Positions 12,201 through 24,200 of a DNA stretch of 64,000 nt are shown in pieces. The stretch spans positions 6,572,001-6,636,000 of the forward strand of contig NC_087249.1 in the NCBI RefSeq assembly GCF_037042905.1, given 5' to 3'. The stretch is from Lytechinus pictus (Eukaryota). How positions within the stretch are numbered: the stretch's first letter is position 1; each line of letters begins with the position of its first letter. Both the position numbers and the translations under genes were made by a program. The notes under the pieces are model-generated. The model saw nothing but the letters and a program-made list of their open reading frames with translations. It did not search any database and had not been told where the DNA came from.

Positions 12201-15200
12201 CATTTGAGGATTTCATGCTGGTTTATTTAAGAATGACATGTATTTCCCCCTAGTCCAGCAGACCTTCACCCTTCAGTATACCAAACCTTTTCCCCTAGTG
12301 TTCAATCCTTTTTCCCCTTATATTCCAAACCTATCCCCCTAGAGAACTAACCCCCCCCCCCCCCCCCCGCTCCTTGTTTACCAGACCTTTCCCCTTAAGT
12401 GCACCAGAACTTTTCCTTTAAGGGTACCAGACCTTTCCCCAAGTGCACCAGACTGTTGCCCCCAGAACAGCAGACAGGGGGGGGGGGGGTTGTAAGAGAT
12501 ACCAATGACTGAAGTGAAGGACGTACTTGACCACTTTGGAGGCCCTTAGATATGTCTCCTGGTAGAGCAGTCTTGGCTTCGAACCCAGGCTCAGGCGAGA
12601 TGTAGGACTTAGCAACATTGGGCTGGTTAGTAGGGGGGATACTCCACGCGATGTCAGGCTGCAAGGCAGATGATAAGGAGGGTGGGGATGGGGTAACGCA
12701 GGGGGACGGAGGGGGGGGGCATGGCAGGCAGGCATGGTGACGACGATGAGGCAGCCAGTAGGGGGTGGGGTGGGGAATGGGTGGCAGGAGGGGGTGGGGT
12801 TGGTGATACAGAGAGAAGGTGGGGGAGGGGTGGGGGAGGGAGATGGTAAATATACGTTTTGAAACAATATCATTTCATGCCAGTCATGCAACTCAAACAC
12901 GTAAAGCCAGGGTGCGTCGTTGATAATGATACATAAATACACGGCCTATTCCAGTGCTGCTCAGTGGTATTTACTGGGTGCTGCGTTTGATATTTCATTT
13001 TCTTTGCTATCTAACTGTGCAGTGTTTTGTAGGCAGACATTTCAGGCATGTACTGTGACAAGCGGGTATGATTTTATTGTCGGAAACAAAAACAAAATAA
13101 CCGATTGTGCTGAGCATGCATTTTGAAGAGGTAACGCACCCTGCCTTCCATGTACAGATATACATGTACCGATATATTGAATAACAATTACTTTCTGACA
13201 TTGATATATCAGGTGATTGACTTACAAAATACTTGGATACATATACAAATTATCAGCATTTTCACACAACCATACACAGAAAAGATGCAAGAGAGAAAGG
13301 AACAGGAAAGTTAAAGCACAGGATATACATGTACATACATGTACATACACCTGTAGCTGTATATCGATGTTTGTATACATGTACATGTATGTATGCTTTA
13401 GGGATAAGGACTGATACATACAGATGTACGTGGAAATGAGTGTGTGGGACTGACCTCATTTGATTTATGCAAGTGTATAGTGAAGGGGTTGTAAACATAC
13501 AATAACTACGTCAGGGTTGCATAGGCCTATCTATGGTCTGTGATTGTGTGATTTTCAGGTACGATTTTCAGTATATGATATTTACAATGAGTTGTATTTT
13601 ACCATAATACCCTTAAAATATATATATATATATATTTAGAATCATGCCATAATTTTCCTGTAATAAAACATGCCTTTTTTGATATCCACTGCAGCAGGAA
13701 TAATTAGAAAATACATAAGATCTCTTTCCATGCAAAATAAATTGCTTCATTTCATTGGGTTATAAAACTCCTTTAAAACACAAAAACAAGTATGTGGGAC
13801 TAATCTCAATATCTTGCATAGCATAACGAAAATCTGGAAATTGATGCAAATCAAACACATTATTAAAGAAATCAGTGGATGCTGGTTGGGCAAAGGCATT
13901 AAACAATCTCACAACATGAAATTGGAAATTACACTTTCAAATTACATAATTCCTCAATCTAGGAGATTTTATCCTGGTTAATAGTTTGTCTGGGTTTTTT
14001 TTATAATAAGGGAGGATATATTTGCACATTCATTGTCAAGCAACACACGGGCAGTAAATGTCTGAGAGGTGTTTGTGAATATACAAGTTGATATATATAT
14101 ACATGTACAAGGAATGAGTGAGGGGTAGGATCGAGTGCATGCCTAGTCTCTTTCTCAACTCACTTGATGAGCGCCATTATGCGGTAACACCTAGAGGCTG
14201 TGTACAGGTTTCTGGGAAACAGAAACAAGTGACTGGGGGTTAGAGTCTACAATGTAAATCATCAATTTGGGGGGATATACATGTAAGCAGACCGATGAGT
14301 GCCTTCAAAGCGTGCGATGTTCAATCTTTCTCTGTTTCCGTAGGAACTATTGTACAATGTGTGGTAGTCTTCACACCATCAGAGCAATAATGTCCTTATA
14401 TAAAAAGATCTATAGGTGTAGTTATTTGTATGTGAAATTAAAGCAAATTAAGAGCAGTTATTAGCAATAAACATCATAAGAATGTTCTTTTTATCAGCGA
14501 CTAGAAACGTACATGTGCTCTGTTATTATTACATATTATCAATGTTATATGAATTGACCACATAAAAACTATTCATGTTTGGGGTTATAAATAGGCAATT
14601 TTACTCTGAATTTAGAATAGAATTAATCACTAATAATCATGTGCTGTTAGGCACGTCATAAAAAATCCCAATAGATTAAAAGACCGCCATTAAAAATTCA
14701 AATGTTTTTATTCTAAGCAACCTGAATTCAAAATACAAAAGGATTTCAATTATCAATGACGTTTTTAGTTGATATTAATATGTTTATGATTGCAAAAAGT
14801 CTTTAAGGGGACTAAGTAGGTGAAAATTGATAGTTGCAACTGATCTTGAATGAAGCCATTTTGGATTCCAGTTGTGCACGGTTAACATGGTGATCGATGA
14901 GTGATGTCTGTGAAGTACTTACATAGAAGCACAATGGTGCGGACATCTATCAACAGAGGGATTCAAATAATAAAAAAAAGAAGAGTTTCACAAAATTTAT
15001 TTTCAAAGGGGGTCATAAAGGAGGTCACTTTGAAGACACTGAGGTCATTAAAAAAAAAAAAAAAATCAATAATGACAACATGGACTGGACGACAACATTT
15101 TGGCAGCATTTGGTCTCACATCTACGCAGAGTTGTTTTGAGGAAAAACGGTATTGAACGTCAACGAATCATATTGGAAAGGAAAGACATTTTCAAAAATT

Positions 15201-18200
15201 GTGTAGGGAGCATATTTCTAAAAACCTAATTTGAGCACATCGTGTTGAGAGAGAAAAGAAAGGAAATAGACGAGAATCGAAACAACATTCACACATATTA
15301 TACACTTAACCCGACAGGAATCAATATCATCGAGAGTATTAGTACGAACACAAGAACAGTTTCATAACAATATTAACAGAATATGGATTTATCCAATAAT
15401 TTCATCACAAATATACCACTACCAATCTACAGTTTATAGCAAGCCCAAAAGGACAAAAACAGGGAAACCATAATAGTTTGATATTCAACCAAGGGCTGTA
15501 TAAATTTTTGGAAGGAATTTGGATAATCACAAATTTCAAATAACATCTCATGAACAAAATTACATGTATCCAAATTGACAAGGGGAGATTATAATAGGGG
15601 CTTAAAGGGGGAGACCACTCTGACAACAAAATTGCTCAGATAAAAATATAGTGAATTATTTGGTGAAAATGAGCAAATTCCAATTAAGATAAACTCACTA
15701 AGTTGTGATGAATCAATTTATCAACACTGTAGCAAAATGAGTAAGGCCCTCTCTAAAATTTCTCATTAATTTGAAATGGATTCTCAATCAAAAGCATTCT
15801 TCCATAAAGGGTCGAATACAAGATTTTTTATTTTTTTGCAGTTTCATAATTCATATTATTTCATTGAAATTTGCTTGATCTATGTGATCAAGTCTTGCCT
15901 AGTTATGGTATCGAATATGAGGGGAGACCTTTTGAAAATGTCACATTCTTTTTTAACACGCTAAACCCAATGCCAGAAATATCTCTGGTTAGGGTCTATG
16001 GAAAATATATTATTATAATCATGAAATCCAATTGTGCTCAACTAGTGTATTTTCATTCTTATTGATGACAACTAGAAACTATACTTTTTTTTATTTCATA
16101 TCAAAGTTCTTCTCCCTTCTTCTCATAAAAGCAAATTTGTAGCAGAGTGACCTTCCCCTACATAATCATGTATTAATGACATCATCTTTGAAATACAAAC
16201 AGTATCATCCGGGGCAAAAGGGTTTTCTATTGTTGAATCCAATCTATCACATTGATTATAATCATATAAGACAGAAAGACAGTATACTTGCTATTCATAA
16301 TTTGGTTCTGAAAGGAATAATGGAATGTTGCCTCATTACAAGCATTTAATATTTCATATAAAAGTACCTGAGAACGTTTTCGTCCCTTCCGTCAACGCTA
16401 AGACTGAGGTTTGGTGGCCGCTTCTTCCCTTTTAAACCTGAAAAAATAACATGCATTAAAGCAAAAATGGTGTGAAAAGTCAATCAAGTAAAAATGAGAA
16501 AAACAGTAGTTGCCTGGAAAGAGTCTACAGTGCTTCAGCAATGGACATGTTATTGTAAATGCATTCCGTTTAAAGAGCATTGGTAAACAATAGTAAATCA
16601 CATCTGCTAAAATGATAACTTGATCGTGTTATATTATTTCTGGGGGAAATACATGTATGAACAGTCAAGTTTTAAATAAAAGTTAATTAATGCAATCACG
16701 TGTTCATAAAGACACTAGTTTCTAACTGTTGAGCTAAGAAGAAATGAATATCAGTCTAAAACACTTCAAAACACAATAATGATCAGAATATTTACTGAAG
16801 CTCTCTATGCAGAACGCATCATACTCTATGATTATCACAAAAGAAGTGCATATCAAATACAGAAATATACACAATAAACAGAAAGAATGTGATCTATTTT
16901 GTTTATTAAACTGATCCATAATTATTGACTCACTTGCATCTTTACTGAGACTTGATCCTGCGAGCTTGAACGCACTCACTGATCTGAAAAATGCTCTTAA
17001 GATGGCCCATCTGAACACAGCTACTGGGTTCTTGCCCACAAGTTCTCCAACGAATGCCAGTCTACTGTTCTTCAACACAGACACAATGTCTATCCTCATC
17101 AGGTCAGTGTTCTTTTCTCTGAAATCCTATACAGGTCAAAGATCAAAGGTAACACCAGATATATTGATTGAAATCAAGGGTTTTAAGCTGGATATGACAG
17201 TTTGGAAATTATATTGAATTAAAAGCAGAATGAAGAATTTGCACATTCTATGGCAAAAAAAGTTGCTTTTAATGATTAAGAATAAAACTAACAATACATT
17301 CATCTAACATTACAAGATACCACCCTGCTATTGTAACTGCCTATCCTACACGGTGTCCAAAAAATGGTCTTTCATCGATTATCCAATTATACTAATGGAA
17401 AATTCTAGAATTCATACATATCTTCATTAGTTCACTACCTGTTCATGATAGGTCACACATACTTAAAATGTTTGCAAATGAAATTATATCTTTTCAAACT
17501 ATTCCTGTTTGAAATGATTCCAATTGATATATTTTGAAGACACTTCCCAAAGCAAGATCCACATTTATAGAACTTCCTGGCTTGAAATACTAAGTTTCAC
17601 TAAACCATTAAAGAATTTTTGTTACATGCAATAATTTGTGTACCCATAAAGAATAACAAACCTCTTAGGACATGAACCCCAAACCCATTAATTGTGATAC
17701 ATGGGGTAGAACCACAGCACCTACCTTGATGTTGTATTTGACCTTGCCAGCATAGTGTTGAATGATGAAAGCATGCTCCTGGATTGGTACTTGTTGGAAG
17801 TATTCATTGCCGGAATGCTCTTTCACAAACTTATTCAGTAGGTTGCTACCATCGGTGTCTTTGGCTGGGAAACTGGGCAAAAAGATATGCCAGGATATAG
17901 TATACAAATGTACCAGGCTTTGAGTAAGTATAGCGGGAATTCTTTGTCTCTCAGGAAAAATAGTAATTTTGCCAGTACAACCGAGGATGACTAATTCCCT
18001 CCATACTTTCGAAATAAAGGCCTGGTATATCCTACATTTAATAAGGTGGAAAAATAGATCTTGATAATCTAATTCTTGTGCTCGTAGTTCATCCTTTTTT
18101 AATCTGAACCAAAATTAGACAACGCATCGCACTGACTGACCTACTTTTCCTGAAGCCACACGCTCACTGTGGAACACGGATTTGTGCCTGCGCCGTCACG

Positions 18201-21200
18201 TCAAAGGACTTGCCCAGTAAAGTCACCGCGCTGACCGGTGCGCCTGAGAGGCGAGAGATTGCATGATCTGTGACGTCAGTGATGGAATAGTGCACTATTC
18301 CATCACTGACGTCACGGAATAGTTAATTTTCTTCAGTGGGCGTTCCATTTTCAACAGCACCGCAAAATAGTGGGAATATGTTTGGTCACATCATGCTATT
18401 TAAACCAATCAGCATACAGGATTTAAGTCATGTAGGATATAATGAACATTATAAAAGCAGAAGCAAAGCAGATTGATATTAAATGGATGTACTCTTGTAA
18501 TGAAAAAAATTGTACAGATGGCTGCACAGTACTGTGACTAGCAATTGATTTGCAATTTCATCTGCAGAAATTTTACGTCTCATATCACAGACAAATTCGC
18601 CAGATGAAATAACCAGATTCAAACCCATGTGGACTCTTAATTTCTGCTAATCTCAACGGAATCGTGAAACCACGGAGCTAGCAATTGTTAGACCTCACGG
18701 TTCTCAGCCGAGTATTTCAGATTAAAAATTTGCAAGTCAAAAATAAAATATATTAGAATAATAGCACTGGGTTTCTTGATATTTTTCTAGATTTTTTGTT
18801 CACACTTTCTTCCAGCCAACATCCAACATGGGCATGATACATAAAGGCCAAAACTACTGCAATAAGTTTGTTAGTTTTCTTAGAAGAACCTTTCTAGCTT
18901 TTTTTGTTGATACTTACTTGCAATCGTCATCTAATATGTGCATGATGCCTGTAGGTCTCTTCTCAATGAGCAAGAGACATCCTGTGTTGTCTATAAACTC
19001 AATGTCCTTCCATGCAATGCCTTCTCGCTTATACTCCTCCTGCAAAGAAAAACAAAACATCAAAGAAAAAATCGGAAGATGGGGTTAAATGATGACTTTA
19101 AAATCTTGGGAAATGTTGTGACAGAAATTTTGGAAATTTCATTTCATTATAATGTGATTGATATGAGATATTGGAATACAAAGAATTAATTGTCACAATT
19201 TTGATGATAGGCACAATATACTGTACACAGAAATGCATGTATGGGACTGCTATAAACAGATGGTCAGACAAACCCATTTCAGCTGGGTTTTTTTTATTTT
19301 TCTTCTTTCTTTTCTTTAGAAAATATGAAATGAATTTAAAAAAAAATGTGCAATATGAAAAGAAAGAACTTTCTTTTCATATGCAAATGTGACAGCATTA
19401 GAAGAATAATCCATTCCATGGAATGTTTATGTTTCATCTCATTTCTTTCACTATTCATGTTAAAGTTCATTGGAATTCATTTCATACGCAAAATGTACAC
19501 TGCACCGGACCCCATGACACAAAAATTTGCAATCAATCACTAAATGACAAAGGCCAATCATGATAATTGTGGCACACAATTCTGTCCAAAAGAGTCACCA
19601 CGAACCAATCAGGATTGTTCTATCATACATGTACGTGCACTCCATCATAAAATGTTTGTGTTATTCGTTCCTCACCTGTTCTAACTTGAAGACATGCTGA
19701 TTGAAGTAATACTGGAGATGCTCGTTGGCAAAGTTGATGCAGAACTGCTCGAAACTGTTCCTCTGGAAGTCCTCAAAGCCAAAGATATCTAGAACACCAA
19801 TGGAGTTACCCTGCAAGTGGTATCATAATAAACATGATCAGCTTCAGTGAAAACAATTAAAAAAACAGGGCCTCATGCAGATAACAAAGTGTTGCTATGG
19901 TTATGACCAACCACACCACTATAAGTCATTAAGAAAGCCAAAAGTCACAAATTTCTAAATCAATACAGAGATGCATCACTATCAATGTAAGTTATGAAGC
20001 ATATTAAATATAAAATCTTTATTTTACAAAAAAAATATATTGCTGTGATTATGGAAATGTACAGATGGCGGTGAGAAAAATGAATAAAACAAACATCTGT
20101 CAAACTTTTCTGCCTTCATTATTTGACAAGTATCCTCATGGCCCACACCAGAACTGCAATAATGTTTACTATAAGGTTTGTAAAATAGAATATCCAAATT
20201 ATTGAAAATGTACACGTATCAGTGCAAAACTGCACTGCATGTTACTTACAGGTACATTATGAAACAGCATCATTGAAAAAGAAGAAATGGCCAACATTTA
20301 ATACTTGTTTACTTCAGTGTCCTCCTTACAAAGGAAATTTTGATACTGCAGATAATTCCTTACTATTCTTATTTCAATGGCGCTAATGAGCATCCAAAAA
20401 TTAAGTAGACATTCAAAATTGAGTGTGTGTTTCAACTAAGAGAGTATAGCAGGAATAAAACAGGTTAGAGGAGAAGGAAGAGACAGAGTCAATGTCGGAA
20501 GAGTAGTTAGATTCGCCAAAACTGTCAGTGGCCGAGTTGTCAGGGTCGTTGGAGGAGGAGAAAGAAAAAGGAAAAGATAAAACTTATACTGCTTAAATCT
20601 AAAATAGACACTGAGGGGAACACAAAGATTAAGAACCAGTCAGAGTTGCAATCATACCTGGTGTTCACCTTTGACCTCGTAGCGAGATAAGAGGGCGTAG
20701 TTGACCTGAAGTACAATCCACTCAAACAATGCACAGTACAAACCCTTTGCCAGGGCGTTTCGTGTTGCTATGGCCTGAAAATGAAATAGAAAAGAAAATT
20801 ATCAAAACAATTCATTGATGCTAGAATGAAGATGAAGTTAAACAAACATAAATAGCGAGTTATTCACTTCTTTACATTAAATATATAATATAACATATTT
20901 CTGAGATTAATTTTCACACTCAGTCGAATTAAACACATCGGATATCTTTTATTGGCCTGAATAGTAAATGATAATTGTATTCATGTGCAAGGTAAGTAAA
21001 TAGTTTTACATAAGTCTCATACCATGTAAAAGACATGTATTTCAAATTCTCAAAACCCAGAAAATTCTATTTATAATAGCACAAATTCTTAAAAGGCAAA
21101 CATATGAAAAAATAATAGAATTTAAACACATCTACTGTATTTGTAAAATCTTTCATTCTGCAAAAACACCCAAATATTCTTATACAGAAGCCGATGTTTT

Positions 21201-24200
21201 TGTCTGGTAATTACCTTTACCAGCCTAAAAATTAATTTTTATTTCCTGTGACTATTTCTCATAATCTACTGCCTAAATCTGCAACATTGGATATTTAAAG
21301 CAGTAATGGGGATTTATTTCTGGTGCCCTTATTTTCCAGTGCTCTTTTGAGCATTTCATGGGCGAAATTGATTCAAAATCCCCTAGTAATTTCTTTCCCT
21401 GCTCTCTGCACGTACCTCAGCCATCCTATATTGCACAAAGAATTGTTCACCCCTGGCCACCGATTTCCTCTTGGTGAGGGCGAGCATCAGGGTCTCTGTC
21501 TTGACTTTGAGTAGGTCCGAAACCACCTTGACCATGGCGATGTTCTTCACCGTTACATAGTCCTGCTCACCGGCCTTGCGGAAGTTGATGTTGCCGATGT
21601 GCAGAACAGCAGACAGAACGGAGAATATTCTATCGAATACAATGCAGGGATACAAACAGGATATGGGGAGTATGATCAACATATCTTTGCAGAAGTCAAT
21701 TTTTGGGGACCACAGAAATCTATTCAACTTTAAATAAGAAGAAATTGACTTAGAAGAGGTATATAATACATGTACATTTTTCAATAATCCACTTAAATTT
21801 AAAGAATTACATCCATAAATCTATTGTTCGAAATGGAAATCAAAAATAGATATCCTCGGAAAATCAATTTTGCCCAATGTGGGCGTGGCAGCTACTTAGC
21901 AGCGCCAGATCAACGTTGCTCTATCCCTTAAATTGTGAAACGTCAAACAGGACCCTCGAACAACTGTAATTGCAGGATGTTTTCACAACCTGAACACAGA
22001 ATGTATACATCTTAAAGCATGCTGATTGGTTGTTGCTTCTGCAGACCATCACAAAAGGCCTACGTAGATCTGGCCAGGACCTGTCCCAGATTTAAACCCA
22101 AGGGTCAGCCAGGTGCTGCAATGCTGATGCCTCCATTTTGCAAAGGAACCATTGATTCTGCACACATGCTGATGTGGAAAAAAAATCCTGATGTTTTATG
22201 AAACATGCCTCTAAATTAATTTTCGTTCCTTTTTCATATGCAATATCAAGCAATAGTATGTGAATTACATGCAGGCATTTCAAGAAGACTTTTCATCTAT
22301 CCCTTCGTCACCTCACAGAACCCATCTTACACTTCATCACATTCTTAAGAGTCCATCTTACACTTCACCATCTCTTTAACAACCCAACTTTGCATTCTTC
22401 ATGTCACATATTGAGAAGTCAACATTAAGATCTCTTCATAATTTTCAGAGCATGGCTTACCTCTTCATGGTCTCTTTGGAGAACCCGACCATCTCCATCG
22501 ACTGTTTGAGACGGCCAAACTCGTAAGATTCATCCACTCCTTCTTGAGTGTAACAGTTGCTCTGAAAAGAAAATAAGGGGAAAGACAACATTTAGCAGAA
22601 GCTAAGTGGCTCATAATTTCATAAGAGCATAGACATTTGAACCCTCTAAACAACATTGCTGGTCAAAAGCATATAGGATAAGTCTAAAAGGAGGTAGTGG
22701 ATTATAGGTTTTGTGGAAGGTTTCAAGAATGCTTAATGTTACTGACAGATACGAGTGGATACAATTTGGGATTTTAACACACAAAAGCAACCGTTTTGCA
22801 CCTTTTTTCATATCAATGAACATTTTAAAAAGCTTAACTTCAAAAAGCCCAACATTCTGGGCTTCCAGAGCCCTGTGACATAAACAATTGATAATGGGAC
22901 TGTTTCGTATGATGGATCATACACAGAAATCCATGCAATCAATCATAGAAATCAGCCCATTGATCAAGCTTTATGTTATAGTTCCCAGGGCCCCATTGCA
23001 TTAAAGTTACCATTATGATGACTTTGCCATCCAATGTTAACTACCATGGTTACGCTGATCAACAGCCAATCAAAATCAAGGATTCCATGCAAGTTAGCAT
23101 TGGTTGGAAAAGTTGTCATAATGGCATCTTTTATGCAAGGGGGGACTGATCAATGCCAAAAGAACCAAGGGCATCAACCTATGACCTAGGCTATGGAAAG
23201 CTGGTGGTCTCTAGAACATTTTCAAGACTTGGTACTCTGACTTGGTAGTTAATGGCTAACTTGTGACTCGGTAGTCAATGGCTAACTTCTGACTTGGTAT
23301 CAATGGCTTAACTTCTGACTTGGTAGTCAATGGCTAACCTCTGACTTGGTAGTCAATGGCTAACTTCTGACTTGGTAGTCAATGGCTTAAATTCTGACTT
23401 GGTAGTCAATGGCTAACTCCGGACTTGGTAGTCAATGGCTTAACTTCTGACTTGGTAGTCAATTGCTAACTTCTGACTCAGTAGTCAATTGCTAAATTCT
23501 GACTTGGTAGTCAATGGCTAACTTCTGACTTGGTAGTCAATGGCTATCTTCTGACTTGGTAGTTAATGGCTAACTTCCGACTTGGTAGTCAATGGCTTAA
23601 CCTCGGACTTGGTAGTCAATGGCTAACTTCTGACTTGGTAGTCAATGGCTATCTTCTGACTTGGTAGTAAATGGCTTAACCTCTGACTTGGTAGTCAATG
23701 GCTAACTTCTGACTTGGTAGTCAATGGCTATCTTCTGACTTGGTAGTCAATGGCTTAACTTCTGACTTGGTAGTCAATGGCTAACTTCCGGCTTGGTAGT
23801 CGATGGCTTAACCTCGGACTTGGTAGTCAATGGCTTAACCTTGGAAGAGGTAGTAAATGGCTTAAGTTCTGACGTGGTAGTCAATGGCTTAACTTCTGAT
23901 ACTTGGTAGTCAATGGCTAACTTCTGACTTGATAGTCAATGGCTTAACTTCTGACTTGGTAGTCATTGGCTTAACTTCCTCCTTCATGGATTTTACTTCG
24001 ACTCCATAGTGTTTACATGTATTTCCATATTTTCATCCATTTTCTTCTTCCTTGCTTAACCCCCTTTAAGACCCATCACTTGATTTGCTGGGTCCAGTCT
24101 GATCCTCCATGTCAGATGATTTAATCCCAGGAAGCGGATCATTAGCTGGCTAATGCGCTAAAGTCATCACGCCTGGTCATGGAGCTTTGTTCAATCTCCT

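Noticed and set aside
12395-12664. Alternative-frame [13 protein letters not shown]...
   Set aside because: Overlaps exon 12 in a frame incompatible with the phase-2 junctions; only the SLTSRG frame joins exons 11 and 13
23239-23977. CRISPR-like array of short palindromic repeats
   Set aside because: Units are head-to-tail with no unique spacers, there are no cas genes, and it lies in a eukaryotic intron; it is a minisatellite
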